64,000 nucleotides of DNA from Candidatus Micrarchaeia archaeon (GTDB taxonomy: Archaea; Micrarchaeota; Micrarchaeia; Anstonellales; Bilamarchaeaceae), in contig JBNLBN010000001.1 of the NCBI GenBank assembly GCA_050303335.1, forward strand, positions 42,239 to 106,238. The letters run 5' to 3'. Positions within the stretch are counted from its first letter, which is position 1. Each line of letters starts with the position of its first letter. Made by a program: the position numbers and the translations under genes. Below, piece by piece: positions 55,167 through 64,000 of this stretch. The notes under the pieces are model-generated. The model did not search any database and was not told where the DNA came from. It saw only the letters and a program-made list of their open reading frames with translations.

Positions 55167-56477
55167 CATTCCAAGATTCCCCATGCCGCCCTTCATCATC
55201 TTTTCCATCTTCTTCCTGAAGCCGCGGTTCTTCTTGAACATATTCATCATCTTCTCCATCTTCTCGAACTGGCTGATGAATTCCTTTACTTCCTTCTCCG
55301 TGCATCCGGATCCGCGCGCGATCCTTGCGATCCTTGCCGGGCTACGCAGAAGCTTCGCATCCTTCTTTTCTGCCTTCGTCATGGAGTTTATCATGTTCTC
55401 GAATTTCTTCAGCTTTTCCTCGCTCTGCTGCACCATTTCCTTGGGCACATCAGCAGCTCCGAGCATTGAAAAGACGTTTCCAAGCGGCCCAAGCTTTTTA
55501 GCAGCCTTGAGCTGCTCGTAGAATGATTCTATCGTGAGTTCGTCAGTCTCGATGTTTTTAAGGTCAGTCTCCTTCTGTATCTCCTTGATCTTTTCCATCA
55601 GCGATCCGATGTCAGGAACGCCCAGGAGCCTACCCACGAATTTCTCGGAATTGTAAACCTCGAGGTCGTTGATCTTTTCGCCGGTTCCTATGAATGCTAT
55701 CTTTGCATTGCTGGCACCGACCGATGATAGCGCCCCCCCTCCTTTTCCGGATCCGTCCATCTTGGTCGCAATCACTCCCGAGAGCGGCACAGCCTCGTTG
55801 AATTCAGTTGCCTGCTTGCCTGCCACCTGTCCGATATCAGCACTTATCACGAGATAGTTTTCGTCCGGTCTGAGAATATCAGCAATGGCCTTCAATTCGT
55901 CTGTCAGGCCGGAATCAAGCGCCGAACGCCCTGCAGAATCGACAATAACCACGTCCTCATCTGCTTCTTTCAGTGCAGACTCGACGATCTTGACCGGATT
56001 CTTCTCGCCTTTGGTCGTATAGAATGCTGCCCCCACTTTTTTCGAAAGCTGCTCCAGCTGCTCCTGTGCAGCCGGTCTGTCGGTATCCGCAGCAATCAAT
56101 GCAACGCTCAATCCCTTGCTCTTGTAAAAATGGGCAAGCTTTGCACAGCTCGTGGTCTTTCCTGAACCATAAAGCCCGCACATAAGGATCCTGTGTTTAT
56201 CAAGCCTCGGCTGGTAGGTCTCTCCCATCAGCTTCACAAGTTCGTCATAAACTACCTTTGTTACATGCTCTTTCAGGCTGAGTGCCTCGAGCTTCTCGCT
56301 CCTGAGGGATCTTTCTTCTATTGATTTCGAGAGCTTCAGGACCAGCTTGACATTGACATCATTGGAGATCAAGACTCTCTGCAGGTCCTTAATCAATGCC
56401 TTCACGTCCTTTTCATCGACGTAAGGACGGTTGGTAAGCTTGGAAAGCGCCTCCCTGAGTTTTCTGCCTAGATCCAT
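55164..56477 (-). CDS. srp54: Signal recognition particle protein SRP54
   Basis: GLYGSGKTT, DTDRPAA, DSAGR, TKMDGSGKGGG, Met-rich M domain with RIARGSG. Confidence 0.97.
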   Translation of the reverse strand: MDLGRKLREALSKLTNRPYVDEKDVKALIKDLQRVLISNDVNVKLVLKLSKSIEERSLRSEKLEALSLKEHVTKVVYDELVKLMGETYQPRLDKHRILMCGLYGSGKTTSCAKLAHFYKSKGLSVALIAADTDRPAAQEQLEQLSKKVGAAFYTTKGEKNPVKIVESALKEADEDVVIVDSAGRSALDSGLTDELKAIADILRPDENYLVISADIGQVAGKQATEFNEAVPLSGVIATKMDGSGKGGGALSSVGASNAKIAFIGTGEKINDLEVYNSEKFVGRLLGVPDIGSLMEKIKEIQKETDLKNIETDELTIESFYEQLKAAKKLGPLGNVFSMLGAADVPKEMVQQSEEKLKKFENMINSMTKAEKKDAKLLRSPARIARIARGSGCTEKEVKEFISQFEKMEKMMNMFKKNRGFRKKMEKMMKGGMGNLGM

Positions 56478-57169
56478 GATTTATCCTCTTTGTAGAAATA
56501 CACGTTTGCAAGTATTATTATTGAAGCCATTAATCCTATAAAATCTAATCGAATTAACGGTCCCGCAATTACGGCAAGCGCCAGCACCTTTTCAAGCTTC
56601 CCGGTTTTTTCCCTGTAAAGGAATCCAAAAACAAGGATGAAGTAATTGAATATGGATTCATATCCCGAAGTGACGGTATTACCCAGGAGAATATCAACAA
56701 TAAGCATTATCAGGAAAGTGAACACTGCTGTAGACAGGCTCCGTAATGATATTATTTTGAGCCTCGAAACATTCATGCCCTCAAATGCCAACATGAACAT
56801 GTAAATCAAGATTGTGGATTGCACAGTCCCGACCAGATGCGAGAAAGGATTGGTGCTTATCTCAATATCTGATATCAGGATGAAAACTGAAGGAATTACA
56901 GTGAACAATAAGGAAACAAGAAGATATGCTGCGCCAAGGTTTTCCGGCTCCCTCACTTTGAAAAGCCCCCCGAATTTTAGTATCAGGTACGCATTGACAG
57001 GGATCACGAGCAGGAAATAGACTGTGAATAGTATATCCGACATGCCCTCTCCTATGAGTGCTCCTGCCGAAACGATCACAAATCCGATGATAGTCAGAAG
57101 CACCAGGGCCCCGATAACCGAAACAAGATGCTTCAGCCTGATGCTGAATTCCTCTCCTAGCACTATCAT
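56468..57169 (-). CDS. Hypothetical polytopic membrane protein
   Basis: About 7-8 hydrophobic segments; overlaps the srp54 start. Confidence 0.7.
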   Translation of the reverse strand: MIVLGEEFSIRLKHLVSVIGALVLLTIIGFVIVSAGALIGEGMSDILFTVYFLLVIPVNAYLILKFGGLFKVREPENLGAAYLLVSLLFTVIPSVFILISDIEISTNPFSHLVGTVQSTILIYMFMLAFEGMNVSRLKIISLRSLSTAVFTFLIMLIVDILLGNTVTSGYESIFNYFILVFGFLYREKTGKLEKVLALAVIAGPLIRLDFIGLMASIIILANVYFYKEDKSWI

Positions 57170-57197
57170 GTTCCCTTAAGGAAAGGTGGTTATTTTA

Positions 57198-58508
57198 TTA
57201 CCATAAGTAGAACGCAAGCGCGGAAACGACAACTATCCCAATGATGGTTAGCGGAATGCCAACCTTCAGCATGTCCACAACGCGCAGGTGGCCGTATCCG
57301 AACGCCATTGCAGAAGGGGGCGTTCCTGCAGGAGATATGAAGTTTATGGATGAACTTATCGCAACGAGCGATGCCAGTTCCCTGGATTCAGATATTGCGA
57401 GCATTATGGGGATGATAAGTGCCGCGGTGGAAGTATTGCTGACAAAAGATGAGATTCCGGACGTTACTGCTGCAATTAGGCCGAAAACGAAGATCTCGCT
57501 TCTTCCATCTATGCTGTTTTCGATGAAATTCCCGATATGTACTGATACGCCCGATACGTCTATCACGTTCCCCAGGCTGAGGCTTCCTCCGACAAGAAGT
57601 ATCACGGCCCAATTCAGCTTGTTCAGGTCCTCCTTCTCAAGCGAACCTGCAAGGTAGAGAAGGACGATTCCGAATACAGATATCGCTGAATCAGGGACCC
57701 TGTGGATGGGGGAACTCAGCCACAAGAGAGCTATCAGGAGCGCTACCCCGACGGTCTTCGTATGAACAGATGCCCATTTCTTCGTCTTGATCTTTAGTAT
57801 GGAACTCTCCTTTTCAGGAGGGTAGACGAACGTCACGACCGAGTATACTGCAACCAGCATGATGGCGACAAAAGGAATGGCGATCACCATCCATTGGAAG
57901 AAATTCATCTCGATACCGCGCTCCATCAGGGCTGCTGCAGCTATCGCATTAGGGGGCGTTCCGACAAGAGTCCCGATCCCCCCCACAGTAGCGGCAAATG
58001 CTACGCAGAGTATCGCAGCCTTGATGTAGTTTGTCTTGTGTGCTGCAGTCATTGCTATCGGGATCATGATCGCGGCAGCGGCAGTATTGCTCACCCAGAG
58101 CGAGAGAAATGCTGTTGCGACCATCATCATCGCTATCACGATCCTTGGCTTTCCCCCTGAATGTTCGAGGAGCATCACTATGAATTTCTTGTCTATGTGG
58201 TGCTTGTTGAGTGCGAGGGCTATTGCAAACCCCCCCAGAATGAGTGCAACGGTGGGGCTGAAATACGGTTCAAATACAACCTTTGCATCCATTCCAGCAA
58301 GAATGAACAGCACGGACCCAAGAAGAGCCGTGACAAAAAGCGGCATCGCCTCGCTTATCCAGAGCGCGGCAATAAAAACAGTTATGGAAATGATAATCCC
58401 CTCGAAACCCTGGAAAATGGCAAGCGCTAAGAGTGCTATGATAACCGAGAGAGTTATGTTAACGGGCCTTACCAATATCTGCAACCACCTGTTATGACCA
58501 CTCGCCAT
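57198..58508 (-). CDS. DASS/SLC13 family anion (di/tricarboxylate or sulfate) transporter
   Basis: Two SNT motifs (VSNTAAA, VSNTSTA), GTPPN and GTPPS. Confidence 0.92.
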   Translation of the reverse strand: MASGHNRWLQILVRPVNITLSVIIALLALAIFQGFEGIIISITVFIAALWISEAMPLFVTALLGSVLFILAGMDAKVVFEPYFSPTVALILGGFAIALALNKHHIDKKFIVMLLEHSGGKPRIVIAMMMVATAFLSLWVSNTAAAAIMIPIAMTAAHKTNYIKAAILCVAFAATVGGIGTLVGTPPNAIAAAALMERGIEMNFFQWMVIAIPFVAIMLVAVYSVVTFVYPPEKESSILKIKTKKWASVHTKTVGVALLIALLWLSSPIHRVPDSAISVFGIVLLYLAGSLEKEDLNKLNWAVILLVGGSLSLGNVIDVSGVSVHIGNFIENSIDGRSEIFVFGLIAAVTSGISSFVSNTSTAALIIPIMLAISESRELASLVAISSSINFISPAGTPPSAMAFGYGHLRVVDMLKVGIPLTIIGIVVVSALAFYLW

Positions 58509-58588
58509 AGTTTTAAAAAAATTAGCTATAAATAGTGAATTACTATTTTTAGCAGATAAACTGCTTAGAATGATATTTGGGTGAAAAT

Positions 58589-60235
58589 ATGAGTAAACAA
58601 GTAAGCGGAGAGCAAATGGTTGTATTACCTGAAGGCTCACAGAGAGTCTTGGGAAGAGACGCAATGCGAATCAACATCGCAATCGGATATGCAGTAGCAA
58701 ACATCGTGAAGACAACACTTGGGCCTAAGGGAATGGACAAGATGCTCGTTTCCGATCTCGGGGACATCGTCATAACCAATGACGGTGCAACGATATTGGA
58801 AGAGATGAACGTCGATCACCCGGCAGCAAAGCTGATGGTTGAAATCGCGAAGACGCAGGACAAGGAAGTGGGTGACGGAACAACCACCTCGGTCGTAATC
58901 GCAGGAAATCTCCTCAAGAAGGCAGGCGAGCTTCTTGACCAGAACATCCATCCGACCGTGATAATAAAGGGGTATGAACTGGCATCAAGCAAGTCTGAAG
59001 AGGTCCTTCGTTCAATCTCAGAGGATGTCAAGCCTGAGGACAGGGAAACGCTCAGGAAAATTGCACTCGTTTCAATGGGGTCAAAGGGAATTGGCACCCA
59101 GGCCGAAAAGGAAAAGATCGCAGAGCTTATTTCAGATGCCGTCTGGATGGTTTCCGATAAGACCGATGAAAAGTATTCAGTAGATCTCGACCTTATAAAG
59201 ATCGAGAAGAAGGCGGGCGGACACGTCATGGACACCCAGCTTGTCAAGGGTGTAGTAATCGACAAGGAAGTGGTCCATTCAGGAATGCCGAAATCGGTAA
59301 ATGATGCAAAGATCCTCCTTCTTGACAGCGCGCTCGAAATTGAAAAAACCGAGACAGATGCAAAAATTGAGATTACGTCTCCGGAGAACATGCAGGCATT
59401 CCTTGACCAGGAAGAGAAGATGATGAAGGACATGGTCGGAAAGATCGCATCATCCGGTGCAAATGTTGTCTTTTGCCAGAAGGGAATCGATGACCTTGTG
59501 CAGCATTACCTTTCAAAGAATGGCATCATGGCCGTCAGGAGGGTAAAGAAATCAGACATGGAGAAGCTTTCACGGGCGACAAAGGCGACAATAGCATCAA
59601 GCCTCGATGACCTGAAGGAGTCTGACCTTGGTAAGGCCGGCCAGATCCACGAGAAGAAGGTTTCCGGTGAATCAATGGTTTTCATCGAAAAATGCAAGGA
59701 TCCGAAATCAGTAACAATCTTCGTAAGGGGAGGTACCGACCACGTTGTAAGCGAGGTTGAACGAGCAGTCGTCGATGCGCGGGGCGCAGTAGCAAGCGCG
59801 CTTGAAGACGGCAAATATGTTTACGGCGGAGGATCAGTGGAGATGGAAATCAACAGGGCACTTCACAAGTACGCAACAGAGATCGGAGGAAGGGAACAGA
59901 TGGCCATCCAGGCATTCGCAGACGCGCTTGAATCAATACCAAAGTCCCTTGCTGAAAACGCGGGAATGGATGTTATTGATGCCCTAGTATCTCTTCGAAA
60001 CAAGCATGCAGACGGAAAAGGAGTGACCATTGGCGTAAATGTCCTTGAAGGCACAGTATCGGACATAAAGGCAATCGGCATTCTTGAACCCGCCAGGGTG
60101 AAGAAGCAGGCAATCTCATCAGCAACAGAGACTGCCAGGCTTGTCCTTAGGATTGATGACATCATATCATCAAGGGGAGGTTCCGGCGGAGCAGGCGGCA
60201 TGCCACCAGGCGGAATGCCGCCTATGGACATGTGA
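58589..60235 (+). CDS. ths: Thermosome (group II chaperonin) subunit
   Basis: [28 protein letters not shown]-rich tail. Confidence 0.98.
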   Translation: MSKQVSGEQMVVLPEGSQRVLGRDAMRINIAIGYAVANIVKTTLGPKGMDKMLVSDLGDIVITNDGATILEEMNVDHPAAKLMVEIAKTQDKEVGDGTTTSVVIAGNLLKKAGELLDQNIHPTVIIKGYELASSKSEEVLRSISEDVKPEDRETLRKIALVSMGSKGIGTQAEKEKIAELISDAVWMVSDKTDEKYSVDLDLIKIEKKAGGHVMDTQLVKGVVIDKEVVHSGMPKSVNDAKILLLDSALEIEKTETDAKIEITSPENMQAFLDQEEKMMKDMVGKIASSGANVVFCQKGIDDLVQHYLSKNGIMAVRRVKKSDMEKLSRATKATIASSLDDLKESDLGKAGQIHEKKVSGESMVFIEKCKDPKSVTIFVRGGTDHVVSEVERAVVDARGAVASALEDGKYVYGGGSVEMEINRALHKYATEIGGREQMAIQAFADALESIPKSLAENAGMDVIDALVSLRNKHADGKGVTIGVNVLEGTVSDIKAIGILEPARVKKQAISSATETARLVLRIDDIISSRGGSGGAGGMPPGGMPPMDM

Positions 60236-60237
60236 AG

Positions 60238-60501
60238 ATGAGTATCAACATTTTTGTTTTTGGCAAGGTCCAGGGGGTCTTTTTCAGGAGCAACACTCTT
60301 GAAAAGGCCCTTTCTCTTGGCCTCACAGGTTTTGTTAGGAATCTTCCGGACGGTTCTGTTGAAATCCGTGCATCCGGAGAAAAGGAAAAGCTTCAGGAAC
60401 TTCTTGAATGGGCGCGAAAAGGCCCTGCAACTGCCGATGTCAAGGAAGTTAAATACAGCTGGGGAAAAGAAAATTTTGAAAAATTCGAAATCAGGTACTA
60501 G
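60238..60501 (+). CDS. acyP: Acylphosphatase
   Basis: GKVQGVFFR, GFVRNLPDGSVE, GP. Confidence 0.95.
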   Translation: MSINIFVFGKVQGVFFRSNTLEKALSLGLTGFVRNLPDGSVEIRASGEKEKLQELLEWARKGPATADVKEVKYSWGKENFEKFEIRY

Positions 60502-60869
60502 TATTCCTTGATCCCGCTTCCCCTTCTCCTGGGGGATGCATGGCTCCTTCCTGTCTTTATGTTCTGGATCTTTTCCAGGGCGTCCTCAAGTTCGGCGATC
60601 TTGACATCGTCTCCATAATACTTCTTTGCCTCATCCGGAATCTCAATAAGATTTCCATCGATGCAGGCGAGATTTCCCGAGTCATCAGTTATGGAATCAA
60701 GAAGATATACCATTGCCGATACCTTTGGGGAAGTAGTTCCAGGAATCTTCACGATCCCCTCGTTCTTCTTGCCGATCATGTTCATTATCTTCTGAAGCTC
60801 TTCTATATCATTATCCGAAAATCCCTGTTCATTAAGCCAACTTACGGCCGTTTCTCTGAATATGTACAA
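60498..60869 (-). CDS. Hypothetical protein
   Basis: 123-aa ORF filling the gap downstream of pepA. Confidence 0.6.
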   Translation of the reverse strand: MYIFRETAVSWLNEQGFSDNDIEELQKIMNMIGKKNEGIVKIPGTTSPKVSAMVYLLDSITDDSGNLACIDGNLIEIPDEAKKYYGDDVKIAELEDALEKIQNIKTGRSHASPRRRGSGIKEY

Positions 60870-60893
60870 AATCTCACCCGCAATTATATCTTG

Positions 60894-62258
60894 CTATTGT
60901 TTTTTAATCATGTTTTCAATCGTCCTTGTAACGAGCCTAACACCGGTGCCGGTTGCCCCCGGAGTGAAATAATCACCGCCGCTCTTTACTGATTCAACGG
61001 CTGCAATATCAAGGTGCGCCCATTTGCTTTCCCCAACGAATTCTTTGAGGAAAGCCGCGGCAGTGATCGATCCGGCTTCGACGGTCTCAGAAATATTTTT
61101 CAGGTCCGCGATATTGGATTTCATCATCTCCCCGTATTCTTCCCACAGGGGAAGCCTCCAGACCCTCTCATGCGTGATGATTCCTGCCTTTTCGAGTTCT
61201 GTTGCCAATACGTCATCGTTCGAATACATCCCTATTGCATGCCTGCCTAGGCCGACTATGATGGCTCCTGTGAGCGTTGCCATGTCGATGATATATTCGG
61301 GCTTGTGCTCTGCTGCAAATGCAAGCGCATCGGCAAGTACCAACCTTCCTTCGGCATCCGTATTGAGCACCTCTATCGTCTTTCCGCTATATGATTTTAC
61401 AATATCCCCGGGTTTCTGTGCATTGCCGTCCGGATTGTTCTCTGTGAGCGGTATGAATCCAATCAGCCTGACCGGCAGCTTCAGGTCGGATACTGCCTTG
61501 AATACTCCGATCACGTTGATGGCCCCGGACTTGTCGTATTTCATCTCGTGCATGTCCTTCGACGGCTTGAGGCTGATGCCTCCGGTGTCGAAGGTGATGC
61601 CCTTCCCGACCACGCAGTACAATGGATATCTCTTGCCGGGATTGTATTCCATCTTGACAAGTACTGGAGGTTCACTTGCGCCCCTTGCAACCCCGAGTAT
61701 CGCATTCATCCCCTTCTTCTCAAGCGCCTTCCTGTCGAATGGGGTGACCTTGAACCTTCCCTTCCCGATTTTTTTTGCCGCTTCGGCTATCATCCTGGGA
61801 GTCGCAACGTTTGAAGGGTTTTCATCAAGCTCCCTCGAGAGGTTCTGTGCGTTCCCGTAAATCTCCCCGATCCTGAGTGCCGGGGATCTCCTTCCGACAA
61901 CATGGATCCTCTTGAGGGTGTTCACCTCCTTCTCGGATTTGAAATTGAGGAATTTGTAATTTGCAAGTACTGCGCCCTCTGCAAGTGCCCGGATCCCGTC
62001 ATCATCGGCCCATTTCGGTAGCAGGATGCTGATCTCCTTGAGTTTCCTCCTGTTTGCAAATCCAACTATCCGTCCTGCCGCCTTCCTGATGTTCTCGTTG
62101 CGGAAATCCTTCTTTTTGCCAAGCCCGACGATTATCCCTGATTCGCTGACATAAGTGCTTCCGAGCTTCCCGTCGAATTTCTTGCTCTCCCCCTCGAAAA
62201 CCATGCTTCCTGTGGTCTTTCCAGCTTTGTCTGAATATTCAAGCAACATGTACCCCAT
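60894..62258 (-). CDS. pepA: Leucyl aminopeptidase (M17)
   Basis: GKGITFDTGG, MKYDKSG, NTDAEGRL, ATLTGA, WAHLDIA. Confidence 0.96.
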   Translation of the reverse strand: MGYMLLEYSDKAGKTTGSMVFEGESKKFDGKLGSTYVSESGIIVGLGKKKDFRNENIRKAAGRIVGFANRRKLKEISILLPKWADDDGIRALAEGAVLANYKFLNFKSEKEVNTLKRIHVVGRRSPALRIGEIYGNAQNLSRELDENPSNVATPRMIAEAAKKIGKGRFKVTPFDRKALEKKGMNAILGVARGASEPPVLVKMEYNPGKRYPLYCVVGKGITFDTGGISLKPSKDMHEMKYDKSGAINVIGVFKAVSDLKLPVRLIGFIPLTENNPDGNAQKPGDIVKSYSGKTIEVLNTDAEGRLVLADALAFAAEHKPEYIIDMATLTGAIIVGLGRHAIGMYSNDDVLATELEKAGIITHERVWRLPLWEEYGEMMKSNIADLKNISETVEAGSITAAAFLKEFVGESKWAHLDIAAVESVKSGGDYFTPGATGTGVRLVTRTIENMIKKQ

Positions 62259-62279
62259 TCAGTTCCATCTTTTAAAAAA

Positions 62280-63965
62280 TTAGGCCCGAATCATTTCCTC
62301 TATCTCTTTGCTCGTGGTGATCTCGTTGACGGATTTGTCATCCCTCATCTTTACGAATCTGGGGAACCTCAATGCATATCCTGCCGTGTGGATTGTTGAA
62401 ACGGAAATTTCATCGAAGGCAACCTCTATCACGTATTTCGGCTCGACCCAGTAGTCCACATCAAGCGTGCACTCTAGGTTTGCCGGGGCCTTCTTTGTCT
62501 TGATCTCCTCTAGCATCTCCCGGACATTCACCATCTCCTCTTCAGTGAATCCAGAAGCGACCTTTGCAACTGTCTTGAGCCTCCCGGTATCAGGATCGTT
62601 TACTGCAACCAGGACCCCGCCGAATTCGAATTCCGCCCGATGTCCCTGCCCGAGGTAATATCCGACAATCACAGCATCCACAGTATCAACGGACTGTCCA
62701 TATGATTTCTTGAGTTTGATCCACGCGAATTTCCTCTTTCCTGCAGTATATGGTGCATCGAGGTCCTTAGCCATGATGCCTTCCAGGCCGCTTGAAATGG
62801 ACCTCTGGAACATCTCCTCAAGTTTTTTCGAACTGGATATTATCTTGCTTTCTGCGGCGCGGATAATCCTTCCCTTGAATTTTTTTACCTTCCTGCGCCT
62901 GGCACTGTATTTCTCATTGGTGAGATCCCTGCCGTCATACATAATGTCGAAAACAAAGAGCTGCAGAGGGAAATCCTTCGACGCCTTATCGATACCGTGC
63001 TTCCTTCTCCTGTGCATGGTCTGCTGGAATGAGAAGAACCTCCCCTTTTTCTCATTATACGCCAGGGCTTCCCCTTCGAAAATCAGTTCCTCCTGTTTCA
63101 GCTTTTTGATCTCCTCAATGACATCCGGAAACATGTGGGTCATCTTCTCAAGCTTCCTGGAATATATCTCCACACTGTCCCCCGACTTGTGGACCTGCAG
63201 CCTGAATCCGTCATACTTCATTTCGACTGCGCATTTCCCGAGCTTCTCTATAATCGCTTCCGGGGAGCTAAGCCGCTCTGCCAGGGCAGGCATCAGCGGC
63301 TTGAAAGGCGTGACCTTGAATTTTTCTATGTTTTTGGGATCCTCGAAAAATAGCCGCGAGACCAGCCCAAGGTCTGAACAGACATTATATGCGCGTTCGA
63401 TCTCCTCCCTCATCGACTTGTCGCCGGCGTGGGAAACCGAAAGTGCATCAAGGATTGTCGGATCCCCTACGCCGAGCCTGAGCTTTGCAAGTACATACCT
63501 TACGATAAACCGTGCCTCCACCGGGTTTGCATTGTTCAGAAGTTCTGTGAGGTATTTGATCTTCAGCTGCTGCGAACCGGAACCACCTGCCCTGGCGATC
63601 TTCATCATCACTCCATAGACATATGATACCTCCATCTCGCTTGTCATCAGCGCCGTCTGCTTCTTCTTTCCGACAAGTTCCTCTGCAGTATCCCCCAGGT
63701 CGCCGCTTCTCTTATACATGTCGTCTATCTTCCCCACTGGATACCCCGTTGCATTGCTGATTGCCTCGATTGCAAGCCTTTCGCCCACTCCAAGATCAAC
63801 ATCCTCGTAAGGCGGAAGCAGTATCCCCTGCATGATGTAGACAAGTTTGTCAATTTCGGAAGCTTTGGTCTTTTTGAACAGTTCTGCAAGTATATCCGTC
63901 ATCTCCAGCCGTCCTGACTTTGATTCGAGCCTGTCGAATACAATTGCAACTTCCGAAAAATCCAT
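62280..63965 (-). CDS. lig: ATP-dependent DNA ligase
   Basis: KYDGFR adenylation motif, EGE, FDI, EGIMAK, WIKLK, LRFPR. Confidence 0.97.
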   Translation of the reverse strand: MDFSEVAIVFDRLESKSGRLEMTDILAELFKKTKASEIDKLVYIMQGILLPPYEDVDLGVGERLAIEAISNATGYPVGKIDDMYKRSGDLGDTAEELVGKKKQTALMTSEMEVSYVYGVMMKIARAGGSGSQQLKIKYLTELLNNANPVEARFIVRYVLAKLRLGVGDPTILDALSVSHAGDKSMREEIERAYNVCSDLGLVSRLFFEDPKNIEKFKVTPFKPLMPALAERLSSPEAIIEKLGKCAVEMKYDGFRLQVHKSGDSVEIYSRKLEKMTHMFPDVIEEIKKLKQEELIFEGEALAYNEKKGRFFSFQQTMHRRRKHGIDKASKDFPLQLFVFDIMYDGRDLTNEKYSARRRKVKKFKGRIIRAAESKIISSSKKLEEMFQRSISSGLEGIMAKDLDAPYTAGKRKFAWIKLKKSYGQSVDTVDAVIVGYYLGQGHRAEFEFGGVLVAVNDPDTGRLKTVAKVASGFTEEEMVNVREMLEEIKTKKAPANLECTLDVDYWVEPKYVIEVAFDEISVSTIHTAGYALRFPRFVKMRDDKSVNEITTSKEIEEMIRA

Positions 63966-64000
63966 GGGATTATAGCCTGCTTTAAAATTTAAAAATCAGT

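Noticed and set aside
55025..55521. Short ORFs at 55025, 55032, 55087 and 55153
   Set aside because: They overlap the RNase P RNA and/or srp54.

Overview
Gene-dense archaeal chromosome segment. GatDE, Pus10, thermosome, Rpo6, AglB, GGGP synthase/GGR, PolB, NurA, Nre and the CCA enzyme make it archaeal. The compact genes, many orphan FGC-lipobox proteins and a bacterial-type gyrase suggest a DPANN lineage such as Micrarchaeota (inference). It carries riboflavin, pyrimidine, purine and ether-lipid genes, FtsZ, a Zn/Mn ABC transporter with a DtxR-family regulator, tRNA-Gly(GCC) and an RNase P RNA. Highlights: (1) the RNase P RNA appears interrupted in conserved region IV by a 37-nt bulge-helix-bulge/loop-type intron whose removal restores the consensus; (2) a Ced/T4SS-like cluster (CedA/VirB6-like membrane protein, split VirB4/CedB-like ATPase, coiled-coil/wHTH protein); (3) a riboflavin synthase-lumazine synthase (RibC-RibH) fusion preceded by a highly structured ~140-nt element; (4) unusual architectures (triple Xis-like HTH, HEAT + SSB-like OB fold, membrane protein with a C-terminal Roadblock-like domain). 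No CRISPR array, transposase or integrase was seen. All assignments come from motif recognition by eye, not from database searches.
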